64,000 nt of DNA, taken from the NCBI GenBank assembly GCA_023411395.1, contig JAEYOV010000062.1:42033-106032 (forward strand). Reading direction: 5' to 3'. The stretch is from Bacillota bacterium (GTDB taxonomy: Bacteria > Bacillota > Clostridia > Christensenellales > Aristaeellaceae). The stretch's first letter is position 1; every line of letters begins with the position of its first letter. The notes under the pieces were generated by a model, which had not been told where the DNA came from, did no database searches, and was given only the letters and a program-made list of their open reading frames with translations. Below are positions 27,243-36,240 of this stretch, piece after piece. A program made the position numbers and the translations under genes.

Positions 27243-28016
27243 TCAGCTTATAAGACCGCTTTGCATCTGTTTGATCAAATCTTCCATGGCGTAATACCCG
27301 GCGGGCTTGTCCTTGATAAAGGCCGCGGCTTGAAGCGCTCCCTGGGCAAGCACCGTGCGGTTCTGGGCATCGTGGACAATGGTCAGCGTTTCCCCCGGCC
27401 CATAAAAACTTACCTCATGGGAGCCGGTCAAGGTGCCGCCGCGGATGGCGTGAATGCCGATTTCCCGGTGATCCCGCATCTGGGTGCGGGATTCCCGGCC
27501 CGGCATCATTTCCCTTCCGCCGGGATAGCATTTGTTCAGTTCCTCAAACAGCATCAGCGCCGTGCCGCTGGGGGCGTCGATCTTTCTGTTGTGGTGACGC
27601 TCCACGATTTCCACATCGAAGGCTTCCCCCAAAACCGCCGCCGCCTGGCGGATCAGCGACTTCAAAAGATTGATCCCCAGGCTCATGTTGGCGCTTTGGA
27701 AAATGGGAACCGCCTGCGCGGCTTCCCGGATGCGCTTCATATCAGCGGGATTGAAGCCGGTGGTGGCGATGACCACCGGCATTTCTTCCCGAAGCGCGTA
27801 ATCAATCAGCTCCGGCAGCGCCTCCGGGCGGGTGAAGTCAACGATCACGTCGGCCCTGACCTTCACCGCTTCAAAGGAAGGGAATACGGGAAAGCCCAGT
27901 TCCTCTCCGCAAGCGATCACATCCACACCTGCGGCAACGGCAACATCCCGTTCCCTGCACAGTTCCGCCACGGCATGGCCCATGCGCCCACAGGCGCCGC
28001 TGAGCAAAATCCGCAT
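27243..28016 (-). CDS. dapB: 4-hydroxy-tetrahydrodipicolinate reductase
   Basis: The N-terminus MRILLSGACGRMG is a Rossmann motif. The sequence ERHHNRKIDAPSGTAL is the DapB signature. Confidence 0.9.
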   Translation of the reverse strand: MRILLSGACGRMGHAVAELCRERDVAVAAGVDVIACGEELGFPVFPSFEAVKVRADVIVDFTRPEALPELIDYALREEMPVVIATTGFNPADMKRIREAAQAVPIFQSANMSLGINLLKSLIRQAAAVLGEAFDVEIVERHHNRKIDAPSGTALMLFEELNKCYPGGREMMPGRESRTQMRDHREIGIHAIRGGTLTGSHEVSFYGPGETLTIVHDAQNRTVLAQGALQAAAFIKDKPAGYYAMEDLIKQMQSGLIS

Positions 28017-28034
28017 GTATTCCCCTCCGATACA

Positions 28035-28919
28035 TTATAATAGCCCCAGCGCCTTCATTTCCCGCGCAAGACGGGCCTTGTTTTCCGCCAGCATGGGTAC
28101 AAGGGGCAGCCGCACGGTCTCCTGGCAGCGGCCCATCATTTCCAGCGCCGCCTTGACAGGCACGGGGCTCACCTCGCAGAAAAGCGCCGCCACAAGGGGA
28201 TTCACCGCGAGCTGCAGCCGCAACGCTTCGCGCCAGTCGCCTAAGTGGAAGGCCGCCACCAAATCGTGCATGAGCTTTGGTGCCGCATTGGCCGCCACAG
28301 AGATGACACCCTCAAAGCCCAGGGACAAAAGGGGCGCCACGTTTTCATCGTTGCCGCTGTAAAAGGCGATGTCCTCGCCGCACAACCGAACCATTTCCAG
28401 CACCTGTGAAATGTCGCCGCTGGCTTCCTTCATGGCAACAATATTGGGATGCTTGGCCAAAACCGCCAGCGTTTCCGGCTTCATGTTCAGCCCCGTCCGG
28501 GCGGGCACGTTATACATTACCACCGGCAGGCTGCCGTCCTCGGCAATGGCCATATAGTGGGCGATGAGCCCGTGGGGAGAGGTTTTGTTGTAGTAGGGCG
28601 TAACGCAAAGCTGGGCATCGGCGCCCAACGCTTTGGCCCTATGCGCCGCCGCAACCGTCTTCCGGGTGTCGTTGCCGCCCGTACCGGCGATCACGGGCAC
28701 CCGGCCGTTTACCCGTTCCACCACCCGGGCGATCACCGTTTCCTTCTCGGCCTCGGTCATGGTGGAAGGTTCCCCCGTGGTTCCGCAAGCGATGATGGCC
28801 GCGGTGCCGTTTTCAAGCTGAAAATCCACCAAGGCGTTCAGGGCGTCCACATCGACGCCGTCCTGTGTAAAGGGTGTAACGATGGCTACGCCGCTGCCCC
28901 GAAAAAGTACGGTTTTCAT
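28035..28919 (-). CDS. dapA: 4-hydroxy-tetrahydrodipicolinate synthase
   Basis: ATG at 28919 follows AGGAGG. The sequence GSGVAIVTPF...GTTGE...PYYNK...KEASGD includes the DapA catalytic Lys context. Confidence 0.9.
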   Translation of the reverse strand: MKTVLFRGSGVAIVTPFTQDGVDVDALNALVDFQLENGTAAIIACGTTGEPSTMTEAEKETVIARVVERVNGRVPVIAGTGGNDTRKTVAAAHRAKALGADAQLCVTPYYNKTSPHGLIAHYMAIAEDGSLPVVMYNVPARTGLNMKPETLAVLAKHPNIVAMKEASGDISQVLEMVRLCGEDIAFYSGNDENVAPLLSLGFEGVISVAANAAPKLMHDLVAAFHLGDWREALRLQLAVNPLVAALFCEVSPVPVKAALEMMGRCQETVRLPLVPMLAENKARLAREMKALGLL

Positions 28920-28951
28920 AATTCCTCCTTCAGTTGAAGGTGCGGGCGAGG

Positions 28952-30046
28952 CTATTTTCTTGGAATGTACCCTGTGGCGCACAACAGTTCCGCCGTGAGG
29001 ACACCGCCTCCGGCCGCGCCCCGCACCGTGTTATGGGACAGGCATACGAACTTGTAGTCAAACAGGGAGTCCGGCCTAAGCCGGCCGATGGAAATGCCCA
29101 TCCCTTTTTCAAAATCCCTGTCCAGCCTCGTTTGAGGCCTTGCCGGATCATCAAAATACTGCAAAAACGGCTTGGGTGCGCTGGGCAGGTTCAGCCGCTG
29201 CGCCTCCGTCTCAAAGTTGGCCCAGCGGTGAATGATTTCCCCCATGTCGGGCTTGTTTTGAAAGGATACGGATACCGCCGCCAGATGACCGTCAGTGGCC
29301 GGGACGCGGATGCACTGGGCACTGATCACGGGCGTCAATGCCGGCTTGATCACCGGGCCCAGCTCTGTGTTCGCAAGGCTGCCCCAGATTTTCAGCGGCT
29401 CCTGCTCGCTCTTCTCATCCTCGCCGCCGATGTAGGGGATCACGTTGTCCACCATCTCCGGCCAGGATTCAAATGTTTTTCCGGCGCCGCTGATGGCCTG
29501 GTAGGTGCATACACTGACCTTTTCCACGCCGAAATCCAGAAGCGGCGTTAATGCGGGTACGTAACTTTGGATGGAGCAGTTGGGCTTGACGGCAATGAAG
29601 CCAGTCTTCGTGCCCAGCCGCTTGCGCTGGGTATCAATCACCGCCGCGTGGGCAAAATTGATTTCCGGCACCATCATTGGCACGTCGGGAAGCAGCCGGC
29701 AGGCGCTGTTGTTGCTGATTACAGGCGTTTCCGCTTTGGCATAGGCTTCCTCCAGCGCCCTTGTTTCCTCTTTTTTCATGTCCACGGCGCAAAACACGAA
29801 GTCCACCAGAGACGCCACTTCATCGATGTTTGCGGCGTCAATGACGGGCAATCCGGCCACATTGGCAGGGATCGGATTGTCAAAAACCCAGCGGCCCGAA
29901 ACTGCCTCGGCATACGTTTTCCCCGCGCTGCGGCTGCTTGCGGCCACTGCCACCACTGAAAACCAGGGATGATCCCAAAGCAATTGAACAAACCGTTGTC
30001 CTACCATGCCCGTCGCGCCTACGATACCTACCCGGAACTTCTCCAT
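28952..30046 (-). CDS. asd: Aspartate-semialdehyde dehydrogenase
   Basis: ATG at 30046 follows GAGGTG. The N-terminus is VGIVGATGMVGQRF. The active-site region is NCSIQ and the C-terminus is ...HNTVRGAAGG. Confidence 0.88.
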   Translation of the reverse strand: MEKFRVGIVGATGMVGQRFVQLLWDHPWFSVVAVAASSRSAGKTYAEAVSGRWVFDNPIPANVAGLPVIDAANIDEVASLVDFVFCAVDMKKEETRALEEAYAKAETPVISNNSACRLLPDVPMMVPEINFAHAAVIDTQRKRLGTKTGFIAVKPNCSIQSYVPALTPLLDFGVEKVSVCTYQAISGAGKTFESWPEMVDNVIPYIGGEDEKSEQEPLKIWGSLANTELGPVIKPALTPVISAQCIRVPATDGHLAAVSVSFQNKPDMGEIIHRWANFETEAQRLNLPSAPKPFLQYFDDPARPQTRLDRDFEKGMGISIGRLRPDSLFDYKFVCLSHNTVRGAAGGGVLTAELLCATGYIPRK

Positions 30047-30182
30047 AAACAGCACCTCAATCCTATCCTATGCGATTTGGGGAAAAAGAAATCGTGGTGA
30101 AAAAAAACACACCGCCCGGCAGCCAGCCTTCGGGTGCGTACACGCATGTGCAAAAAAGCGCCGGCCGTATGGCCGTCATGCT

Positions 30183-30358
30183 GTATCAGCGCTCCAAAGG
30201 ATTCTGCAAATCCCATGACAGTTGCGGGGTTATTCACCGCGCACCCAAGGCCGTCCGTTAGGGTTTCGGACTTCCTTTCGGCATTTTTCCCTTTCCGCAC
30301 GTGGGATTGAGCCCCCGCTCCCGCACATGCCTACTGATGAAAAACGCTCCTCTGACAC
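30183..30358 (-). promoter_or_regulatory. Lysine riboswitch (L-box) aptamer in the asd-dapA-dapB leader
   Basis: The minus strand reads GTGTCAGAGGAGCG...CAGTAGG...GCGGAAAGGGAAAAATGCCGAAAGG...CTTGGGTGCGCGG...CGCAACTGTCATGGGA...CCTTTGGAGCGCTGATAC. The P1 arms GTGTCAG / CTGATAC pair. The blocks AGAGG-GC, TGCCGAA, ACTGTCA and TGGAG-GCT match my recollection of the B. subtilis lysC L-box. T-runs follow at 30152-30157 and 30099-30106 as candidate terminators. Confidence 0.75.
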
Positions 30359-30513
30359 CAAATGTATAAAATTCCCGGGATTGTTGGTAATGATACCATG
30401 CATAGTTTCACTTGTCAACCCAACAAGCCAGCTTTTTTGAAAAATCAGGCTGTTTCCTGACAAACGCAACCATGAGTGCATGTTCCATGGGGGATAGTGG
30501 TGTAAAGAGTTAG

Positions 30514-32007
30514 TTATTCCTCCGCCCACTTCATTGACCGCTCCACGGCCTTGTGCCAGCCTTTGAGATACTCTTCCCGCTGCATTTTGCCCATCTGCGG
30601 GTCAAACTGCAGATCCTGCTGCCAGGCCTTTGTTGTTTCCTCCACCGAGCCGTATACCCCCACCGCCAGCCCGGCCAATAATGCCGCGCCCAGGGCGGTG
30701 GTTTCCATCACTGCGGGGCGAACAACGGGAATGTTCATGATATCCGCCTGGAACTGCATTAAAAAGCTGTTGGCGCTGGCCCCGCCGTCCACCTGCATCC
30801 GCGCAGGGTTAAAGCCGCAGTCGGCGGCCATGGCGGTTAATAGGTCCGCCGACTGGTAGGCAATCGCCTCCAGCGCGGCCCGCACGATATGCGCCCGGCC
30901 CGCGCCTCTTGTGAGCCCCATGATCGTACCCCGGCTGTACATATCCCACCAGGGCGCGCCCAGGCCCGTAAAGGCCGGCACAAGATACACGCCGCCGGTA
31001 TCCTTGACCGACTTGGCTAGGCTTTCGCTCTCGGCCGCGGTGGCAATCATTTTGAGCTCATCCCGCAGCCACTGGATGGCCGCCCCGCCCATGAACACGC
31101 TGCCTTCCAGCGCATAACAGGGCTTGCCGCCGATGCGCCAGGCCATGGTGGTGAGCAGCCCATGCTTTGAAACAATCGGCGTTTCGCCCGTGTTCATCAG
31201 CATGAAGCAGCCGGTGCCGTATGTGTTTTTCACCATGCCGGCCTTGTGGCATGCCTGGCCGAACAGCGAGGCGTGCTGGTCTCCCGCCATGGCCGACACG
31301 GGAATGGGCCGGCCCAGGATGGCCGTATCCAGCATGCCGATCACCTGGGAACTATCAACCACTTGAGGCAGCACCATTTCTGGAATATCCATAAGGGTCA
31401 ATAACTCTTTGTCCCACTGCTGGGTATGAAGGTTGAACAGCATGGTGCGGCTGGCGTTGGTGGCATCGGTCACATGGGGGCGGCCCTGCACCAGATGCCA
31501 GCACAGAAAGCTGTCCACCGTGCCAAAGCACAATTCACCGGCTTCCGCACGCTTGTTAAGGTGAAATGTATCCAGTATCCAGTTAAGCTTCGTGCCGGAA
31601 AAATAAGCGTCCGGCAAAAGGCCGGTCTTTTCTTTGATCAACTCCGCTTTGCCCGCGGCTTTCAGCCGTTCCACATAAGGCGCGGTGCGGCGGCACTGCC
31701 ACACGATGGCGTTGCACACGCATTCCCCTGTATTCCGATCCCAGACCAGGGTGGTCTCCCGCTGGTTGGTGATGCCGATGGCGGCAATATCCTCTACGGC
31801 AATGCCGGACAGCTTTACCGCCGTGCGCAGCGCCTCTGTCTGCGATTCCAGAATGCTCTTGGGATCGTGCTCCACCCAGCCGGGCCTGGGATAAATTTGC
31901 GGAAACTCGATGCCATGGGCGGCCAGCACCCGTCCGCTTTCCTCAAACACCACCGCCCGGGAGCTGGTGGTCCCCTGGTCTAGGGCGACCAGATACCGCT
32001 TGGCCAT
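30514..32007 (-). CDS. glpK: Glycerol kinase
   Basis: ATG at 32007 follows AAGGGGA. The sequence YLVALDQGTTSSRAVVF...GITNQRETT...GAALLAG is the FGGY kinase / GlpK pattern. Confidence 0.92.
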   Translation of the reverse strand: MAKRYLVALDQGTTSSRAVVFEESGRVLAAHGIEFPQIYPRPGWVEHDPKSILESQTEALRTAVKLSGIAVEDIAAIGITNQRETTLVWDRNTGECVCNAIVWQCRRTAPYVERLKAAGKAELIKEKTGLLPDAYFSGTKLNWILDTFHLNKRAEAGELCFGTVDSFLCWHLVQGRPHVTDATNASRTMLFNLHTQQWDKELLTLMDIPEMVLPQVVDSSQVIGMLDTAILGRPIPVSAMAGDQHASLFGQACHKAGMVKNTYGTGCFMLMNTGETPIVSKHGLLTTMAWRIGGKPCYALEGSVFMGGAAIQWLRDELKMIATAAESESLAKSVKDTGGVYLVPAFTGLGAPWWDMYSRGTIMGLTRGAGRAHIVRAALEAIAYQSADLLTAMAADCGFNPARMQVDGGASANSFLMQFQADIMNIPVVRPAVMETTALGAALLAGLAVGVYGSVEETTKAWQQDLQFDPQMGKMQREEYLKGWHKAVERSMKWAEE

Positions 32008-32033
32008 ACGCCATCCCCTTTTCATTTGTACAT

Positions 32034-32097
32034 TTCAAAGAAATGGAGCCGTCCGCAAGCAAAGACGCATTGCGTCATTTACCCTTGCGGATGGCTC
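32034..32097 (-). terminator. Probable intrinsic terminator after the propeller gene
   Basis: 15-bp arms GGAGCCATCCGCAAG / CTTGCGGACGGCTCC on the minus strand (one mismatch), followed by ATTTCTTT. Confidence 0.5.
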
Positions 32098-32110
32098 CGT
32101 TTACTTCGTC

Positions 32111-34864
32111 TTACTTGATTTTGATACCGTAGATTTTGCTGATGCCCTTGCCGCTGGTGCCTATCACCAGCATATCGCCGTAAACGGCGGGGGAGCCGGT
32201 GATGGCGCCCTCCAACTGGATGCTGTGCCTGACCGCGCCGGTCTGCCCGTCCATCAATTGCAGCACGCCCTCGCTGTCGCCTTGAATGATCCAGGCGTCG
32301 CCGTCCGCATTGTACACGGCTACAGGGGAGCTCCAGCTAAAGTGGGACATGGGCTGCTGCCAGGCCACCTGGCCCGTCTTTTTATCCAAGGCGATCATTT
32401 GGCCGCCCTCAGGCGTCTTGGCCACGGTGAAGATCACCAGGTTGCCGATGCTTTGCTGGCCGACGACGGGGGAAGCCATACAGCCGCCCTCCTCGTCCTT
32501 ATCGTAATCCACCTTCACCGTATAGGACCAATCCTGCTCGCCTGTCAGGGCGTTCAGCCGGCGGATGGTGCACACACCACTTTTGCCTTGCTTCGCGACA
32601 GTATTTCCTGTATACAGTGCCAGGGAACCATCCTGATCAAAATCCAAAGCAATGGTGGCGTCCGTGTTGTCGTCGGTATCCACGGCCCACACAGGCTTCA
32701 TGGTGTTCACATCCACGCACTGCAAAATGCCCGTGGCGTCGGCGAAGTAAGCATAGTTCCCATACATGGCCACGCTGCCTTCAATACCGGTTGCTGTGTC
32801 CTTTTGTTTGGAAGTCTTTGCTTTGTAGGAAGAAATCTTGGGATCAATCTCCAGCTTGGCTGTTTTGACATCAAACGTGCTGTTCAGCCACACCGTATAA
32901 AGCATGCCGTTTTCCCCGGCGATAATCAATGTATCGCTGTTGCTATCCAGCAGGGAGGAGCCGTCGAACGCACCGTTGGTACCGAAGGCGTTCCTGTCCC
33001 GGCCATTGATAAAATGCAACTGCTTTTGATTGATGAGGTTGAATACGAAGAAGCCGATATCCCCGGTGCGGCTCTTGAGCCTGCTGATGCCCTGGCCCAC
33101 CGAAAGCATGGGCATGCCCCTTGGATCGACGGAGACGGAGCTCTTCAAGGGATAGCCCACGTTGATAGGATCGCGGGTGGGCTGGCCGTCCGCCAAATCC
33201 AGGAAGTAGATTTTTCCGTCCTGGGAAGCCAGAATGACTTCCTTCAAGGCGGAAACGGCCTTCTTATCTTCGGTCAGGTTCATCGCTTCACGGACTTCCT
33301 TGGGCCACTTGACGATAGCAGGCTGCCCCGTCCAGCCGGCGCCGTGATAGGAATCAATGCCGCCCATGGGCACGCTCCAGGTCACTTCCAGCCTGTTCTC
33401 CTGTACGTCTACCGTACCGCAGGCGGCATTCTGGCGGAAAGGTCCGCCCCGGAAGGTGAGCACCGCGCCGGACCAGGCGGCGTAATTGGCCGGACCGTTC
33501 ATTTTAACGGGAACCGTGCGCTCAAATTCGTTCACGGCCTTGGTACCGTTATACACCTTGGTGGTAAGCTTCAGCCGGTCTGGATTGGTACCGTCCACCG
33601 CGCCGGCAGCCATGTAGGGCATGGGCGTGGGGCTGGGGCTGGGCACAGGCGTGGGCACAGGCGTAGGCGTGGGTTCGGGGGTAGGCTCCGGCGTGGGTGT
33701 GGGTTCGGGGGTAGGCTCCGGCGTAAAGGTTGGCTCCGCCGTGGGGCCGGGTGTCTGCACCGCCTTTTGCTCTTCCGTTGCCATGGGCGGCGTCTGTGTA
33801 ACCGTCACAGGCGCTTCCGTGGGCGCCGAAACAGGCGCGACGATACTTACCTGCACCGTCTTGCCGCTGTCCATCCAATTTCCTTCGGACAGCATCTGCG
33901 CCGACATCGGGCCGGAGTAGGCGTCCTTCAGGGTCAGGTTAATGGTCCAGATGTACCGCTCTTCTTTGACCTGCGGCATATTCTTCTCCGCAAGTACATT
34001 ACCCTTGTCATCCATGACGCGGACGCCCTCCACCGTCTTGGTGGTGGTGATGGTAAAGGCAAGTTCCACCGGCGCCTGGCCGGAGGAGGGAACCACCTGG
34101 AAGTCCCGTACCTGGGCAGGCTCCTTCACCTCGGGCGCGATAATATTTTTGACGCTTTTGGTGAACAGCCCAACCTCCTGCGTAATGGTATCCTTCACAT
34201 CGTTGAGCGTATTGATGATCCCGCCGCTTTGCGATTCATCCCTGGCAGGCAACACGAAATACAACCCACCCACGAACAGCGCCGCGAGCAGCACCAGGCT
34301 CAAAAGTACCATCAGGCCCGCGTGGCCGCGGCGGGGCGCGTCCTCCTCTTCCTCCTCCAGATAGGAGGGCACCGGCTGGGGCTGTCTTGGCCTGACGGGA
34401 GCGAAATCATCCTGACGGGAAGTTCTGGCGTAATTGACACCCGGCGCCTGGGGCCTGCCCTGCCCCAGCATCTGCCCGTTATCCACGGGCGGGCGGTTTG
34501 CCGGGCCCGCCGGCCGCATGGGGGGCGGAGCCATCCGGGGTGCTTCCCGCTCAGGCATATCCATATCGGCGCCACTGTGCCTCTGGGAACGGCGGTGACG
34601 CTCATACCCTTGGGAAGGAAGCGCCGTCTGCGCGCTTTCCCCTGAAACCGCTTCCGGAGAGCGGCTGACCCGCTTGCTTACATACTGGGTTTGGGCAGGA
34701 ACGTACCGCGGTGCGGGCTCCCCATCCAAAGGCATGCGGGCACGGTCCGCGCGCCGGCCCATGTCCTGCCTTATACCCTTAAGCGGAGGAACCTGTTCCG
34801 CTTTTTCATACATCGCCCGCGCCGGAATACGGCCCTGAGGGCGATTTTGTTCACGATCGCTCAA
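32111..34864 (-). CDS. Large membrane-anchored protein: Pro/Arg-rich cytoplasmic N-terminus, one TM segment, Pro/Thr linker, PQQ-like beta-propeller repeats
   Basis: TM segment GLMVLLSLVLLAALFVGGLYFVL. Linker TPEPTPEPTPTPEPTPEPTPTPVPTPVPSPSPTP. The C-terminal half has repeated ...G-x-x-x-W... blades (KPVWAVDT, EQDWSYTV, GQVAWQQPM). The start is set to TTG 34864, 8 nt after AAGGAG, because a TG-TATAAT promoter lies inside the longer track ORF. Confidence 0.7.
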   Translation of the reverse strand: MSDREQNRPQGRIPARAMYEKAEQVPPLKGIRQDMGRRADRARMPLDGEPAPRYVPAQTQYVSKRVSRSPEAVSGESAQTALPSQGYERHRRSQRHSGADMDMPEREAPRMAPPPMRPAGPANRPPVDNGQMLGQGRPQAPGVNYARTSRQDDFAPVRPRQPQPVPSYLEEEEEDAPRRGHAGLMVLLSLVLLAALFVGGLYFVLPARDESQSGGIINTLNDVKDTITQEVGLFTKSVKNIIAPEVKEPAQVRDFQVVPSSGQAPVELAFTITTTKTVEGVRVMDDKGNVLAEKNMPQVKEERYIWTINLTLKDAYSGPMSAQMLSEGNWMDSGKTVQVSIVAPVSAPTEAPVTVTQTPPMATEEQKAVQTPGPTAEPTFTPEPTPEPTPTPEPTPEPTPTPVPTPVPSPSPTPMPYMAAGAVDGTNPDRLKLTTKVYNGTKAVNEFERTVPVKMNGPANYAAWSGAVLTFRGGPFRQNAACGTVDVQENRLEVTWSVPMGGIDSYHGAGWTGQPAIVKWPKEVREAMNLTEDKKAVSALKEVILASQDGKIYFLDLADGQPTRDPINVGYPLKSSVSVDPRGMPMLSVGQGISRLKSRTGDIGFFVFNLINQKQLHFINGRDRNAFGTNGAFDGSSLLDSNSDTLIIAGENGMLYTVWLNSTFDVKTAKLEIDPKISSYKAKTSKQKDTATGIEGSVAMYGNYAYFADATGILQCVDVNTMKPVWAVDTDDNTDATIALDFDQDGSLALYTGNTVAKQGKSGVCTIRRLNALTGEQDWSYTVKVDYDKDEEGGCMASPVVGQQSIGNLVIFTVAKTPEGGQMIALDKKTGQVAWQQPMSHFSWSSPVAVYNADGDAWIIQGDSEGVLQLMDGQTGAVRHSIQLEGAITGSPAVYGDMLVIGTSGKGISKIYGIKIK

Positions 34865-34906
34865 AACACGGCACTCCTTTTCACTTCGAACCAGCTTCAC
34901 CAATCT

Positions 34907-34935
34907 ATTATACAAAATGTTCCGGTTATCCACAA
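34907..34935 (-). promoter_or_regulatory. Extended -10 promoter for the propeller gene
   Basis: On the minus strand: TTGTGG (34935-34930), 17-nt spacer, TATAAT (34912-34907), preceded by TG. Confidence 0.55.
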
Positions 34936-35023
34936 GCAAAAATGTTTCTTACTTGTAAATAATCACTCCCGCGCACAATGGGAATCGTTCCCAATATGAT
35001 AATAATATATACTGCAAGCAGCG

Positions 35024-35461
35024 TTATAGCGGCAAACAGAACTTAAAGTGGCTGCAGTTCATGCCCATCTTTTGATAAAAGTCGTGGCTACGCTTTCTTT
35101 CCTTGCGGCAGCAGACTTCCATTTGAACACAGCGTGCCGCCAGGGCGGCCTCCTTCATCCTTTCAAACAGCGCCTGCCCAATGCCTTGTCCCCGGAAGGC
35201 TTCGCTCACGGCGATCTCCTGAATCTCCCCCACCGGAGCAATATGGTGCAAAAGCCGCTGCACATGCAGGCTGGAAAACCCTGCGACCCGGTCTCCCTTA
35301 CAAGCGACAAAGTAGTGAACAGCCCGATTGTTCAGATTTTCACGGTAAACATTTTCAAAGCCCTGCCTGTCCATCTCCGTATCTTCCAGTTCGCACATCA
35401 AGCTGTACACAGCCTGCGCATGTTCATGCGCGGCGGGAAGGATGCATATCCCCGTTTCCAT
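35024..35461 (-). CDS. GNAT family N-acetyltransferase
   Basis: ATG at 35461 follows GGGAGG. The acetyl-CoA binding motif is [17 protein letters not shown]. Confidence 0.85.
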   Translation of the reverse strand: METGICILPAAHEHAQAVYSLMCELEDTEMDRQGFENVYRENLNNRAVHYFVACKGDRVAGFSSLHVQRLLHHIAPVGEIQEIAVSEAFRGQGIGQALFERMKEAALAARCVQMEVCCRKERKRSHDFYQKMGMNCSHFKFCLPL

Positions 35462-35479
35462 CGTTCCTCCCATGCCAGG

Positions 35480-36238
35480 CTATAGCCGCACCGGCACGCC
35501 TTCGCTTTGCAGGTATTCCTTCAATGCCATGATCTCCAAAATGCGAAAATGGAACAGCGTGGCGGCCAGCGCCGCGTCGGCGCCGCCCACCGTGAGCGCG
35601 TCCCTGAAATGCTGCATGTTCCCGGCGCCGCCGGAAGCGATCACGGGCACGCCTACCGCTTCGGCGACGGCCTTTGTGACGGGAAGATCAAAGCCTTCGC
35701 CCACGCCATCGGTATCCATGCTGGTGAGCAGTATTTCCCCCGCACCGCGCTTGACGCCTTCCACAGCCCATTCCAAGGCATCCTTCCCGGTGTTCACCCT
35801 ACCGCCGTTGATATATACGTCCCAGCCGCCGCCCAAACGGCTTTTCACATCCATGGCCAGCACGATGCACTGGCTGCCAAAGCGCAGCGCCGCTTCCTCA
35901 ATGAAATCGGGATTTTTCACCGCCGGGCTGTTGACAGACACCTTGTCGGCCCCCAAGCGCAGCAAATCGCGGATTTGATTCAGCTCCGATATACCTCCCC
36001 CCACCGTAAAGGGGATGAACACCTGCTCCGCCACCCGGGAGGTCACATCAAGCATGGTGCCCCGGCCTTCATGAGAGGCGTTGATGTCCAGAAGCACCAG
36101 CTCGTCCGCACCCTGTTCATTATACCACACGGCGGCTTCCACCGGATCGCCGGCATCGCGGATGTTTACAAAGTTCACGCCCTTCACCACCCGGCCATCC
36201 CGAATGTCCAGGCAAGGAATGATGCGTTTTAACAGCAT
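35480..36238 (-). CDS. hisF: Imidazole glycerol phosphate synthase, cyclase subunit
   Basis: [23 protein letters not shown]...DELVLLDI...PFTVGGGI...ADKVSVNS...ASGGAG is the canonical HisF sequence pattern. Confidence 0.92.
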   Translation of the reverse strand: MLLKRIIPCLDIRDGRVVKGVNFVNIRDAGDPVEAAVWYNEQGADELVLLDINASHEGRGTMLDVTSRVAEQVFIPFTVGGGISELNQIRDLLRLGADKVSVNSPAVKNPDFIEEAALRFGSQCIVLAMDVKSRLGGGWDVYINGGRVNTGKDALEWAVEGVKRGAGEILLTSMDTDGVGEGFDLPVTKAVAEAVGVPVIASGGAGNMQHFRDALTVGGADAALAATLFHFRILEIMALKEYLQSEGVPVRL

Positions 36239-36240
36239 GC

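Noticed and set aside
31910-34645. 911-aa ORF on the + strand, the longest + strand ORF in this part of the track.
   Set aside because: It lies fully antisense to glpK and the propeller gene, both of which have clear motifs. Its translation is low-complexity (Gly, Arg, His, Ala, Leu) with no start context. This is the typical shadow ORF of a GC-rich genome.
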